Below, piece after piece: positions 27,032 to 37,082 of a stretch of 62,601 nt of DNA. The stretch covers positions 11,547-74,147 of the forward strand of contig JARRKQ010000061.1 in assembly GCA_037387885.1 (NCBI GenBank). Reading direction: 5' to 3'. Origin of the DNA: Alphaproteobacteria bacterium. Lineage in GTDB: Bacteria > Pseudomonadota > Alphaproteobacteria > JAPULJ01. Made by a program: the position numbers and the translations under genes. Within the stretch, counting starts at the first letter, position 1; the number at the start of each line of letters is the position of its first letter. Under the pieces are notes generated by a model. The model was not told the origin of the DNA and searched no databases. It saw only the letters and a list, made by a program, of their open reading frames with translations.

Positions 27032-28282
27032 ATGAAGGTTGCCATGACACGACTGCTGCATGCGGCGGTCCTCGCGACCGCGATCGCGGCGGCCGGGCTT
27101 CTCGCCACCGCCGCCGCACCCACTGCTGTTCGGGCCGAGACCAACGTGTCGGTCTCGTTCAGCTATTTCCAGTCGAACCTCTCGCCCCATGGGCGTTGGT
27201 ACTCGCATCCCCGCTACGGCCAGATCTGGCGCCCTTATGGCCTTGCCGCCGGGTGGCGCCCCTATACCTATGGCCGATGGGTCTGGACCGACGACTACGG
27301 CTGGATGTGGACGTCCTACTACGACTGGGGCTGGGCCACATTCCACTATGGCCGCTGGGTCTACGAGCCCGCCGATGGCTGGTACTGGGTACCCGGCTAT
27401 ACCTGGGGCCCGGCGTGGGTTGCCTGGCGCTACGGAGACGGCTACATCGGCTGGTATCCACTGCCGCCCGAGGCGCTGTGGAACCCCAGCCTCGGCATCG
27501 TCTATAGCGGCACCAGCATCTACGGCTACTACTACACGCCGTATTGGGTGTTTGTGCCACAGCGCTATTTCCTGTCGACCACGATCCGAACCGTCGTCGT
27601 GCGGCCGCAGGACAACCATCGCTTCATCCACAAAACCACCCGGCATGTGCGCTATCGGCATGTCGGCAACCGGGTGGTCAATCGAAGCATCGACAGGGGC
27701 TATGTCCGCCGTGTTACCGGTCGACCGGTTGTGTCGGTGCGGCCGCGTGTGGTGCAGCGGCGAGGCAACTGGCGCAAGCCGCGCCCGGACACCAAAGCCG
27801 TGCGGATCTTCCGTCCGCCCGTCGTCGAACGGCGCGATGCCCGGACCCCCGGCGCTCGCCGAATAGCGCCGACGCCCCGCCGCGCGGCGCCGCAGCCCCG
27901 GGTTCAGCCCAGAGTACAGCCACGGGCGCAACCGCGCGTCCAGCCACGGGTTCAGCCGCGCGCGCAGCCCAGGGTTCAACCGAGGGTGCAGCCTCAGCCC
28001 CGGGTCCAACCGCGTGTTCAGCCGCGACCCCAACCCAGGGTGCAGCCTCGCGTTCAGCCCAGGGTGCAGCCTCGCGCGCAACCGCGAGCGCAACCTAGGG
28101 TGCAGCCCCGGGTGCAACCGCGTGTTCAGCCCAGAGCCCAGCCTCGCGTGCAGCCCCGGGTGCGACCGCGCGTCCAGCCGAGGGTCCGACCGCAGCCTCA
28201 CGTGCAACCGCGACGGCCTGTCCAGCCTCCCGAGGGCGGGGGTGGGACCACCGCACCGTTCCGGCCGCGTCACCTCCGATAG
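27032..28282 (+). CDS. Exported W/Y/G/P-rich protein (DUF6600-like) with a C-terminal (QPRV)n tail
   Basis: Signal peptide; LSPHGRW...YG.IWRP, WRPYTYGRWVWT, WGWATFHYGRW, WGPAWVAWR, GWYPLPP. Confidence 0.8.
   Translation: MKVAMTRLLHAAVLATAIAAAGLLATAAAPTAVRAETNVSVSFSYFQSNLSPHGRWYSHPRYGQIWRPYGLAAGWRPYTYGRWVWTDDYGWMWTSYYDWGWATFHYGRWVYEPADGWYWVPGYTWGPAWVAWRYGDGYIGWYPLPPEALWNPSLGIVYSGTSIYGYYYTPYWVFVPQRYFLSTTIRTVVVRPQDNHRFIHKTTRHVRYRHVGNRVVNRSIDRGYVRRVTGRPVVSVRPRVVQRRGNWRKPRPDTKAVRIFRPPVVERRDARTPGARRIAPTPRRAAPQPRVQPRVQPRAQPRVQPRVQPRAQPRVQPRVQPQPRVQPRVQPRPQPRVQPRVQPRVQPRAQPRAQPRVQPRVQPRVQPRAQPRVQPRVRPRVQPRVRPQPHVQPRRPVQPPEGGGGTTAPFRPRHLR
27893..28212 (+). repeat. Coding tandem repeat, about 25 x 12 bp (QPR[V/A])
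   Basis: Protein repeat is nearly perfect while third codon positions vary between units. Confidence 0.9.
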
Positions 28283-28379
28283 GTGGGTCGGTAGCAAAGG
28301 CGGCCATCCGGCTCCGGTGTGTGTTTGATGGCCAAACCATGTTCTCAGCGGGGGCGCAGTGAAGTAGGCTGCGCCCCCC

Positions 28380-28973
28380 ATGGCCGTCTCAGACATCGAA
28401 ACCCTGATCAAGCTGCTCGCCCGCCTACCGGGGCTGGGCCCCCGTTCGGCCCGGCGGGCGGCGCTGCATCTGATCAAGCGGCGCGAATCGCTGATGGAGC
28501 CGCTCGCTGCGGCGCTGCAATCGGCCGCCGCCTCGATCCGCACCTGCTCGACCTGCGGCAACATCGACACCGCCGATCCCTGCGCGATCTGCCGCGACGA
28601 GCGGCGCGACGGCGGTCTCATCTGCGTCGTCGAGGAGGTCGCCGATCTCTGGGCGATGGAGCGCGCCGCCGCCTTCAAGGGCCGCTACCACGTGCTCGGC
28701 GGCACGCTTTCCGCGCTCGACGGCATCGGCCCGGAAGATCTGAACGTGGCGAGCCTGGTCCGCCGCGTCGAGGCGGGCGACGTGCGCGAGGTGATCCTCG
28801 CCACCAACGCCACCGTCGACGGCCAGACCACGTCGCACTACATCACCGACCGCCTCGCCGGATCGGAGGTCGAGATCTCACGCCTGGCCCACGGCGTTCC
28901 GGTCGGCGGCGAGCTCGATTTCCTCGACGACGGAACTCTTGCCGCGGCATTGAAAGCCCGCAGGCCGGCATGA
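28380..28973 (+). CDS. recR: Recombination mediator RecR
   Basis: [17 protein letters not shown]...[34 protein letters not shown]. Confidence 0.96.
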   Translation: MAVSDIETLIKLLARLPGLGPRSARRAALHLIKRRESLMEPLAAALQSAAASIRTCSTCGNIDTADPCAICRDERRDGGLICVVEEVADLWAMERAAAFKGRYHVLGGTLSALDGIGPEDLNVASLVRRVEAGDVREVILATNATVDGQTTSHYITDRLAGSEVEISRLAHGVPVGGELDFLDDGTLAAALKARRPA

Positions 28974-29023
28974 TGATTATCATGCGAAAGTCGTTTTCAG
29001 AATAAAATCAAACTGATATATAG

Positions 29024-29039
29024 TTAACGATTGGTTAAC
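29024..29039. promoter_or_regulatory. CtrA-type binding site TTAA-N7-TTAAC
   Basis: TTAACGATTGGTTAAC in an AT-rich intergenic patch upstream of the DUF4139-like gene. Confidence 0.6.
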
Positions 29040-29251
29040 GACTTCCGGGCATTCTATTCCCCGGCGTGATCGCACGGCAGCGGCAATCAGCACATCGACG
29101 ATCCCATTGCGCAGGCATCGATCATCCTCGGAGACGGATATCTGAGCGTTGACGTGCCCGCGTCGGCCGCTGCCTTGCCGCCGCCATGATTGTCGGCTTG
29201 ACTGATGGCCGTGCGGGAGGGGACCGGCACGAGGGAATAAAGGACACTGTC

Positions 29252-30550
29252 ATGATTGAACACAGACTGACCGCGCTCGCCGCGGCAGGCTTGGCTATGT
29301 GCGTGGCCGTCGGCGTCGCGACACCGGCCGCCGCCGAAGCAACCGCGCAGGGCGAACAGAAGGTCACGCTGAAGGATCAGAGCGAGGTCGCGGTCACGAT
29401 CTACAACCGCAACCTCGCCCTCATCAAGGAGCGCCGAAAGGTCCCGCTCAAGGCCGGCCGCAACCTCCTCGCCTTCATCGACGTCTCCGGCCAGATGCGC
29501 CCCGAAACCGCGATCCTGAACGCCGCAACGGCGGGCCGCATCAGCCTGACCGAGCAGAACTTCAACTTCGACATCATGACGCGCCAAAAGCTGCTGGAGA
29601 AATCCGTCGGCCGGACCGTGCGCATCGTCAAGGTGCACCCGACCACGGGTGCGGAGACAATCGTCGAAGCCAAAGTACTGTCCGCGCTCAAGGGCGTGGT
29701 GCTGCAGATCGGCGACCGCATCGAGACGGGCATCCCCGGCCGCATCGTCTTCGACCGCATCCCGCCCAACCTGCGCGAACGGCCGACGCTGGTGATCGAT
29801 CTCGAAAGCAAGACCGCCGGCACCGAGACGCTCGAGCTCAGCTATTTGAGCCGCGGCCTCAACTGGCGCGCCGACTATGTGGGCGAGCTCAACGCCACCG
29901 ACGACAAGCTCACCCTCAACGGCTGGGTCACGCTGACCAACCGCTCGGGCACGAGCTACCGGCCGACCACCATCGCCAACAACCAAATCAAGCAGGTCGC
30001 GCTGATGAGCGCGCCGGGCGTCACGGTGAAGAAGGAGTACGAGCTGCAGGCCGGCGGCCGCTATTACTACCGCCGCCAATACACCGGCATCGTCAAGCGC
30101 CCGGTCAACGTCTTTCTCGCCTTCAAGAACGACAAGGCCTCGAATCTCGGCCTGCCGATGCCGCGCGGGGTCGTGCGCATCTACAAGCGCGACAGCAAGG
30201 GCAAGGCGCTCTTCGTCGGCGCGGACCGCATGGACCACACGCCCGAGGGCAACAACGTGCGCCTGCGCATGGGCAAGGCCTTCGACGTGACGGCCGAGCG
30301 GCGCCAGGTCGACTACGACCCGACCGTTTACGACCGCCGCACCTACGAGAGCGAGCACGAGATCGTGCTGAAGAACGCGCGGCCCAACGCCGTCACCGTG
30401 ATCGTGCGCGAGACGATCGGCGGCAAATGGGAGATGCTGCGCAAGACCCACGACTTCACCAAGGTCGCCGCCAACCTCGCCGAATGGCGCATCAAGGTGC
30501 CGGGCAAGGGCCGCACGGTGCTGCGCTACCGGGTGCGGGTGCGGTATTAG
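29252..30550 (+). CDS. Exported DUF4139-like protein, apparently with an internal in-frame deletion
   Basis: Signal peptide; VAVTIYNRNLALIKE, VSGQMRPET, EQNFNFD, SYLSRGLNWRADY, TTIANNQIKQVAL, DHTPEG. Confidence 0.75.
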   Translation: MIEHRLTALAAAGLAMCVAVGVATPAAAEATAQGEQKVTLKDQSEVAVTIYNRNLALIKERRKVPLKAGRNLLAFIDVSGQMRPETAILNAATAGRISLTEQNFNFDIMTRQKLLEKSVGRTVRIVKVHPTTGAETIVEAKVLSALKGVVLQIGDRIETGIPGRIVFDRIPPNLRERPTLVIDLESKTAGTETLELSYLSRGLNWRADYVGELNATDDKLTLNGWVTLTNRSGTSYRPTTIANNQIKQVALMSAPGVTVKKEYELQAGGRYYYRRQYTGIVKRPVNVFLAFKNDKASNLGLPMPRGVVRIYKRDSKGKALFVGADRMDHTPEGNNVRLRMGKAFDVTAERRQVDYDPTVYDRRTYESEHEIVLKNARPNAVTVIVRETIGGKWEMLRKTHDFTKVAANLAEWRIKVPGKGRTVLRYRVRVRY

Positions 30551-30565
30551 GGCAGAAAAAAGCGA

Positions 30566-30630
30566 ACCACAGCGGCACAGAGCGGACGGCGCGCGGCCTC
30601 ATTTCTCTGTGGCCTCTGTGCCTCTGTGGT
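30566..30630. repeat. Palindromic element ACCACAGCGGCACAGAG ... CTCTGTGCCTCTGTGGT
   Basis: 17-bp inverted repeat with one mismatch between convergent genes. Confidence 0.7.
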
Positions 30631-30640
30631 GAATCTATTT

Positions 30641-30667
30641 GTAGGGGCGGGTTTCTAACCCGCCCGT
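30641..30667 (+). repeat. GTAG-type REP element GTAGGGGCGGGTTTCTAACCCGCCCGT
   Basis: GTAG tetranucleotide followed by hairpin GGGCGGGTT-TCT-AACCCGCCC. Confidence 0.75.
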
Positions 30668-30686
30668 GGCGCCGCGTCCCCGCGCC

Positions 30687-31802
30687 TCACACCTCGCGCA
30701 AATGCGCGCGGGCGGGTGGTTCGACCGCCTCGACCGGGACCGCCTCGTCCTCTTCGAGCTCGAGCTCGCTCATCCGGCCGGCGCGCTTGGCGACCTTGTC
30801 GTTGGAGATGCGGATCTGGCGGATGTCCTCGTTCGCCTGATCGAAATGGCGCTGCAGGTTGGCGACCCGGTCGTCGAGCAGCCCGACATCCTTCAGCATC
30901 TTCTGGAGCTCCGCCTGAATGAGATGGGTCTGCTCGCGCAGGCGCACGTCGCGGAAGACCGCGCGCATGGTCGCGAGCGCCCCCCACAGCGTGGTCGGCG
31001 AAACGATGTAGACGCGCTTCCTGTGCGCCAGCTCCACCAGGTCGCGGAAGTTCGACTGCAGCTCGATATAGATCGATTCGGACGGCAGGAAGAGCAGGGC
31101 GGCCTCGGCCGTCTCGCCGGGGATGACATAGCGCTCGGAGATATCGCCGACATGCTTGGTGATCGCCGTGCGGAAGGCGCGGCTCGCCTCTTTCAATGAG
31201 GTCTCGTCCTTTGCCTCAATCAATGCCTGATAGCCTTCGAGCGGAAACTTCGCGTCGACCGCGACCGGGCCCGGCGGATTGGGCAGGCGGATCAGGCAAT
31301 CGACGCGCCGGCCGTTGCTGAGCGTCACCTCGAAATCGTAAGAGTCGGCCGGCAACGCATCGGCGACGAGCTGGCCGAGCTGGAACTCGCCGAAGGCGCC
31401 GCGCGACTGCTTGTTCGACAAAATGTCCTGCAGGCTGACGACGCGGCTCGACAGCTCGGTGATGTTCGCCTGCGCAGCGTCGATCTTGGCGAGGCGCTCG
31501 CGCAGCTTCGTCAGGTTCTCGTTCGTCTTGTCGTTCGTCTGCGTCAGGCTGTCACCGACCCGCCGCCCGACATCGGCAAGCCGGTCGGCAATGGCGCGCT
31601 CGTGGTCCATCAGGCGCTGCGAGAGATTGACGCTCTTGGCCTCCTGGTCCTGCGCCATCATGTCGAGCCGCGCCTGCAGCGTCGCCGCCCCGCGCGTGGT
31701 CCGCAACACGACCACGACGACGACGACGGCCAGCACTGCCACCAGGGCGAGGCCGACGAGGAGGATCTGGAGCATCGGATCGGCATTCAAGATGTTCTGC
31801 AT
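30687..31802 (-). CDS. rmuC: DNA recombination protein RmuC family
   Basis: N-terminal TM, coiled coil, RGAFGEFQL, DCLIRLP, VDAKFPL, LFLPSESIY, VSPTT. Confidence 0.9.
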   Translation of the reverse strand: MQNILNADPMLQILLVGLALVAVLAVVVVVVVLRTTRGAATLQARLDMMAQDQEAKSVNLSQRLMDHERAIADRLADVGRRVGDSLTQTNDKTNENLTKLRERLAKIDAAQANITELSSRVVSLQDILSNKQSRGAFGEFQLGQLVADALPADSYDFEVTLSNGRRVDCLIRLPNPPGPVAVDAKFPLEGYQALIEAKDETSLKEASRAFRTAITKHVGDISERYVIPGETAEAALLFLPSESIYIELQSNFRDLVELAHRKRVYIVSPTTLWGALATMRAVFRDVRLREQTHLIQAELQKMLKDVGLLDDRVANLQRHFDQANEDIRQIRISNDKVAKRAGRMSELELEEDEAVPVEAVEPPARAHLREV

Positions 31803-31983
31803 ATGTACATTCTTCGTCGATTGCGTGGACGACGTCAAGGCGCCATTAACCATACCACGCCGCCACAAATCTCACGCTATATCTTGCGATATTTCGCATG
31901 ATGACCACAAGGTATTCCGCCGTGGTTGACGCTCCGGCCGCCGCCGCATACCTAGTAAGACACGGAAAACAGAACCTTAACCC

Positions 31984-32541
31984 ATGGCCCATCTTCCCAT
32001 CATCACGGCGCCCGATCCGCGCCTCAAGCAGAAGGCCGAGCCGATCGCGAGCGTCGACGACGCGGTCCGCAAGCTGCTCGACGACATGCTCGAGACCATG
32101 TATGCGGCGCCTGGCATCGGCCTCGCAGCGCCGCAGGTCGGCGTGCTGAAGCGCGCGGTCGTGGTCGATGTCGCCGAGGCAGACGAGGCGAAACGGGCGC
32201 TCAAGCTGATCAACCCCGAGCTCGTCTGGGTCTCCGACGACGACTTCAAATACGAGGAGGGCTGCCTCTCGCTGCCCGATCATTACGCCGAGGTCGAGCG
32301 GCCGCATGCGATCCGGGTGAAGCATCTGGACGAGACCGGCGCGGAGAGCGAGCTCGAGGCCGAGGGCCTGCTCGCCACCTGCATCCAGCACGAAATGGAC
32401 CACCTCGACGGCATTCTCTTTGTCGACCGCATCTCGGCGATCCGCCGCAACGTGATCCTGCGCAAGCTTCTGAAGGCGAAGAAGACGAAGACGCTGCCCG
32501 ACTACGCCGAGATCTCGATGCGCGTGGCGAGCGAAGCCTGA
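31984..32541 (+). CDS. def: Peptide deformylase
   Basis: GIGLAAPQVG, EGCLS, QHEMDHLDG. Confidence 0.96.
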   Translation: MAHLPIITAPDPRLKQKAEPIASVDDAVRKLLDDMLETMYAAPGIGLAAPQVGVLKRAVVVDVAEADEAKRALKLINPELVWVSDDDFKYEEGCLSLPDHYAEVERPHAIRVKHLDETGAESELEAEGLLATCIQHEMDHLDGILFVDRISAIRRNVILRKLLKAKKTKTLPDYAEISMRVASEA

Positions 32542-32613
32542 GGCGCGTTTCCCGATCCAACGACTAGACCAGCCGTGCGCCGATCCGGCCGCGCGTGCTA
32601 AACAGCGCGCGCG

Positions 32614-33540
32614 ATGACGCTCCGCCTGATCTTCATGGGCACGCCCGATTTCGCGGTGCCGAGCCTCGATGCCCTGGTCGCCGCCGGGCACGAGATCGTC
32701 TGCGCCTACTCGCAGCCGCCCCGCAAGGCCGGACGCGGCCAGAAGGAAAAGCTGCAGCCGGTCCATGCCGCCGCCGAAGCGCATGGCATCCCGGTGCGGA
32801 CCCCAACGAGCTTCAAATCGCCCGAGACCCAGGCCGATTTTACCGCGCTCAAGGCCGATGCCGCGGTGGTCGCCGCCTACGGCCTCATCCTGCCCAAGCC
32901 GATCCTCGAGGCACCGCGCCTCGGCTGCCTCAACATCCATGCCTCGCTGCTGCCGCGCTGGCGCGGCGCCGCGCCGATCCAGCGCGCCATCCTCGCCGGT
33001 GACCAGAAGACCGGCGTCACCATCATGCAGATGGACGAGGGCCTCGATACCGGGGCGATCCTGCTCAGGCACGCGGTGGAGATCGGGCGCATGACGGCCG
33101 GCGAACTGCACGACGAGCTGGCGGATTTGGGTGCGGCAATGATCGTCGAGGCACTCAAGCGTCTCGAGGCGGGGACCTTGAAAGCGAAACCGCAACCCCT
33201 GAAACGCGGTGTTATCTATGCGCACAAGATCGATCGCGCCGAAGCGCGGCTCGACTGGACGAAACCCAGCGCCGAACTCGACCGCACAATCCGCGCCTTC
33301 ACACCGTTCCCCGGCGCTTGGTTCGAGCATGCGGGTGAGCGCATCCGCGTGTTGAATGCGAAAGCCGCGGGCGGGCGGTCACGCGCCAGGCCCGGCACGG
33401 TGATAGACGACGCCTTCACTGTCCGGTGTGGCAAGGGCTTCCTGAAGCTCCGCACCGTTCAGCGCGCAGGCAAGGGGGCCATGGATGCCGACGCCTTCCT
33501 GCGCGGCTACGCGATCCCCAAAGGCACGGTCCTTACGTGA
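32614..33540 (+). CDS. fmt: Methionyl-tRNA formyltransferase
   Basis: [45 protein letters not shown]. Confidence 0.96.
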   Translation: MTLRLIFMGTPDFAVPSLDALVAAGHEIVCAYSQPPRKAGRGQKEKLQPVHAAAEAHGIPVRTPTSFKSPETQADFTALKADAAVVAAYGLILPKPILEAPRLGCLNIHASLLPRWRGAAPIQRAILAGDQKTGVTIMQMDEGLDTGAILLRHAVEIGRMTAGELHDELADLGAAMIVEALKRLEAGTLKAKPQPLKRGVIYAHKIDRAEARLDWTKPSAELDRTIRAFTPFPGAWFEHAGERIRVLNAKAAGGRSRARPGTVIDDAFTVRCGKGFLKLRTVQRAGKGAMDADAFLRGYAIPKGTVLT

Positions 33541-34280
33541 CCCGCTACCGCATCACGCTCGAATATGACGGCGGCGGCTTCGTCGGCTGGCAGCGCCAGG
33601 AGAACGGGCCCTCGATCCAGGCCGCGCTCGAGGACGCCATCGCCAGCTTCTGCGGCGAGCGCGTCACCGTCCACGGCGCCGGCCGGACCGATGCGGGGGT
33701 GCATGCGCTCGGCCAGGTCGCGCATTTCGATGTGGAGAAAGCGACCGACGCACAAACGGTGCGCGAGGCGCTGAACGCGCATCTCCGCCCCGCGCCGATT
33801 GCCGTGCTGGATGCGGCGGAAGCCGACCCCGCGTTCCATTCCCGCTTCGATGCAACGGAGCGGCGCTATCTCTACCGCATTCTCAATCGCCGCGCCCCGC
33901 CGACGCTCGACCGAGGCCGGGCCTGGCATGTGGCCGTGCCGCTCGATGCCGAGGCTATGCACGACGCGGCCCAAGTCCTTGTGGGCAAACATGATTTCAC
34001 GAGCTTCCGCGCCGCCGAGTGCCAAGCCAAGTCGCCGGTCAAGACGCTCGACGAGATCGCCGTCACGCGCGCGGGTGAGGAGGTGCAGCTCACTGCCCGG
34101 GCCCGCTCGTTCCTGCATCATCAGGTGCGCAATTTCGCCGGCACGCTGAAGCTGGTCGGCGAAGGCAAGTGGGGCCGCGGCGACGTCGAGGCCGCGCTCG
34201 CCGTGCGCGACCGCAGCGCGGCGGGCCCGACTGCACCGGCCGAGGGGCTCTATCTCGTCGGCGTGCGCTATCCGGACTGA
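33537..34280 (+). CDS. truA: tRNA pseudouridine(38-40) synthase
   Basis: GTG start overlapping the fmt stop; [42 protein letters not shown]. Confidence 0.95.
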   Translation: MTRYRITLEYDGGGFVGWQRQENGPSIQAALEDAIASFCGERVTVHGAGRTDAGVHALGQVAHFDVEKATDAQTVREALNAHLRPAPIAVLDAAEADPAFHSRFDATERRYLYRILNRRAPPTLDRGRAWHVAVPLDAEAMHDAAQVLVGKHDFTSFRAAECQAKSPVKTLDEIAVTRAGEEVQLTARARSFLHHQVRNFAGTLKLVGEGKWGRGDVEAALAVRDRSAAGPTAPAEGLYLVGVRYPD

Positions 34281-34292
34281 GGACGGGCGCGT

Positions 34293-34856
34293 TTACGTGC
34301 GCGCCATCGCCGCCACGCCGCTGCTGACGACGTAGGTGAGCACCAGATTGAAGGCGACCACGCCGACCGCCTGGATGCTGGTGACCTCAAGCACGAGGCG
34401 GCTGATGTACCACTCGTAGACCAGTACCGCGACCCAGGCCAAAACCAGCATGGCGGCCAAGCCCTGGCCGCCGATGCCCTGGGCCAGCAGGACGACCACG
34501 AACTGCAGCGCCGTGCCGACCACCTGCGCCCAGTTGATCGCCTGGACGTAGCGGTAGTAGTGGCCGGCGCGGTCCATCCACTGGCTCAGATAGATCATCG
34601 CCAGCGGCCAGAGCGCCCAGAGAATGATGTAGGTGAGCCCGGTCGCGAGGACGGTGTACGTCCAGTCCTTGACCGGCGTCGGACGCTCGATCGTGAACAG
34701 GATGACGAAGTACATCGGTGCGCAGATCGCCGCCGCCCAAAACGAACGCCAGAACCGCTCGACCGAGTTGTCGAAATGGTCGAGCCCGCCCGCGTCGCCG
34801 CGGGCAAGGCGAAGCGCGCCGGCGATCGAATACCGGATCTCGGCGAAGCTGATCAC
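34293..34856 (-). CDS. Hypothetical membrane protein coupled to dapE
   Basis: GTG start overlapping the dapE stop; GALRLARGD...FWRSFWAA, four to five hydrophobic segments. Confidence 0.75.
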   Translation of the reverse strand: MISFAEIRYSIAGALRLARGDAGGLDHFDNSVERFWRSFWAAAICAPMYFVILFTIERPTPVKDWTYTVLATGLTYIILWALWPLAMIYLSQWMDRAGHYYRYVQAINWAQVVGTALQFVVVLLAQGIGGQGLAAMLVLAWVAVLVYEWYISRLVLEVTSIQAVGVVAFNLVLTYVVSSGVAAMART

Positions 34857-36028
34857 GCGTCCTCGAAATAGCGCGCCAGCACGCGCTCGTAGATCCGGGT
34901 GAGCGCCTCGATGTCGGCCGTGGCCATGCGCTCGTCGGCCTTGTGCATGGTCTGGCCGATGAGGCCGAACTCGACCACCGGGCAGTGATCCTTGATGAAG
35001 CGCGCATCGGAGGTGCCGCCGGTGGTGCTGAACTCGGGCGCCGTCCCGGTTACCTCCTGCACCGCATCGCGCACCAGCTCGGCCAGCCGGCCGGGTGGGG
35101 TCAGGAACGACTCGCCGCTCACCCGCACATCGAGATCGTAGGTGGCATCGTTGCCGTCCGCCATCGCCGCGGCGCAACGCTCGTGCAGCCAGGCGATGAC
35201 GCTCTTACTCGAATGCTTGTCGCTGAAGCGCACGTTGAAGGTCGCGCGCGCCTCGCCGGGGATCACGTTCGAGGCCGGGTTGCCGACATCGACCGTGCTG
35301 ACCTGAAGCGTCGTCGGCTGGAAATGCTCCGAGCCGTCGTCGAGCGGCTCCTCGGTGATAGCCACCAGGATGCGCGCAAGACGGTGGACCGGGTTGTCGG
35401 CCAGATGCGGATAGGCGGTGTGGCCCTGCACGCCGTGCACGGTCAGATGCGCCGTCAGGCTGCCGCGCCGGCCGATCTTGATCATGTCGCCGAGCGCCTG
35501 CGGATTGGTCGGCTCACCGACCAGGCAGTCGTCGAGAACCTCACCCTGGTCCTTCAGCCAGCCGAGCACCTTCACCGTGCCGTTCACCGCATCGCCTTCC
35601 TCGTCGCCGGTGATGAGGAGGCTGATGGAGCCGGGGATCTTGCCGTCCTGTGCCGCCTTGAAGCGCGCCACGGCGGCGACGAAGGCGGCGATCGCGCCCT
35701 TCATGTCCGCGGCGCCGCGCCCATAGAGCGTGCCGTCCTTGAGCTCGGCGCCGAAGGGATCGACCGTCCAGCCGGCCGGCTCGCCGACCGGCACGACATC
35801 GGTGTGCCCGGCGAAGCAGAAATTGGGGCCGTCCGTGCCGAGCCGCGCATAGAGATTGTCGACCCGCTCCGCCCCCTCGCCGAAGGGCAGGCGGGTGCAG
35901 GCGAAGCCCAACGCCTCGAGCGCCGCTTGCAGCACGTCGAGCGCGCCCTCATCGGCAGGCGTCACGCTCGGGCAGCGGATCAACGCGCGGGTCAGTTCGA
36001 TAGGGTCAGGGCGATCGGGTGCGGGCAT
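34853..36028 (-). CDS. dapE: Succinyl-diaminopimelate desuccinylase
   Basis: [53 protein letters not shown]. Confidence 0.95.
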   Translation of the reverse strand: MPAPDRPDPIELTRALIRCPSVTPADEGALDVLQAALEALGFACTRLPFGEGAERVDNLYARLGTDGPNFCFAGHTDVVPVGEPAGWTVDPFGAELKDGTLYGRGAADMKGAIAAFVAAVARFKAAQDGKIPGSISLLITGDEEGDAVNGTVKVLGWLKDQGEVLDDCLVGEPTNPQALGDMIKIGRRGSLTAHLTVHGVQGHTAYPHLADNPVHRLARILVAITEEPLDDGSEHFQPTTLQVSTVDVGNPASNVIPGEARATFNVRFSDKHSSKSVIAWLHERCAAAMADGNDATYDLDVRVSGESFLTPPGRLAELVRDAVQEVTGTAPEFSTTGGTSDARFIKDHCPVVEFGLIGQTMHKADERMATADIEALTRIYERVLARYFEDA

Positions 36029-36277
36029 TCGGCCAATATTGGTTGGGGAAGCGGGGTGGGCGCGACGGGCATCGCCTCAAAGTTGCGCGCGGGCGGGCCG
36101 CGGTCAAGCACCGTCACTCCGCTTTTCGCACGAAACAGTGATGACACGGCGCATCCCAAGCGGCCACGCGATGTGTCATACTTAGACCTCGTAGTTCTTT
36201 TGAGTGATAGTTCTTTTGAGTGCCGGCGGTTCGGCCGATCTATCTTGGATCCGGGTCATTCAAGGAGCAGTGCCGTC

Positions 36278-37072
36278 ATGTCCGATCGCGCGTTCGCTCT
36301 TGCCTGCACGAAATCGGCATCGCAGTGGCGCAGGATGCTCTTGGGATCGCTCGCGGGCGCGCTTGCGCTCGCCTGCCTGGCGATGCCGGCGCGGGCGGAT
36401 ATCCGGGTCGATCTCGAGCTCGTGCTCGCCGTGGACGCCTCGCGCAGCATCGATGCTTTCGAGTACCGGCTCCAGCGCATGGGTTATGCGAAGGCGCTCA
36501 CCCATCCGGCGGTGGTCGGCGCGATCACGTCGGGCCCGCTGCGCCGCATCGCGGTCTCCTATGTCGAATGGTCGGGCGCGGTGCAGCAGGCGACGCTCGT
36601 CGGCTGGACCATCATCGACGGCAAGGCGAGCGCGGCCGCCTTCGCGCGCAAGCTCACCGCCGCGCCGCGGCGCTTCCTCGGCGGCACCTCGATCAGCGGC
36701 GCCATCGGCTATTCCTACCGCATGTTCAAGGGCAACGGCATTCAGGGCACCCGCCAGGTGATCGACATTTCCGGCGACGGCGCCAACAACCGCGGCGTGC
36801 CCGTCGTGACGGCGCGCGACATGGCGGTGCGCGCGGGCATCACCATCAACGGCCTCGCCATCCTGAACGACCGGCCGAGCCGCCCGCCCTGGCCGGAGGA
36901 GCCGGTCGACATCCACTACAAGACCAAGGTGATCGGCGGTCCCGGCGCCTTCATGATGGTGGTCAAAGGCTTCGATGCCTTCGCCGTCGCGATCCGCAAC
37001 AAGCTGATTCGCGAGATCGCGAGCGTCGATGACGGGCGCCCGTTGCTCATGCAGGTCGGGGTGAAACGCTAG
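36278..37072 (+). CDS. DUF1194 (vWA-like) exported protein
   Basis: AAGGAG RBS; VDLELVLAVDASRSID, YVEWSG, GTSISGAI, VIDISGDGANN, INGLAI. Confidence 0.85.
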   Translation: MSDRAFALACTKSASQWRRMLLGSLAGALALACLAMPARADIRVDLELVLAVDASRSIDAFEYRLQRMGYAKALTHPAVVGAITSGPLRRIAVSYVEWSGAVQQATLVGWTIIDGKASAAAFARKLTAAPRRFLGGTSISGAIGYSYRMFKGNGIQGTRQVIDISGDGANNRGVPVVTARDMAVRAGITINGLAILNDRPSRPPWPEEPVDIHYKTKVIGGPGAFMMVVKGFDAFAVAIRNKLIREIASVDDGRPLLMQVGVKR

Positions 37073-37082
37073 CCAGCCGGCG

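Noticed and set aside
27893-28212. 12-bp repeat tract as a CRISPR array or DNA satellite
   Set aside because: It is a coding QPRV repeat with diverged third positions and no spacers.
34943-37072. 709-aa ORF
   Set aside because: The front part is the antisense shadow of dapE; only 36278-37072 (DUF1194, own RBS) is credible.
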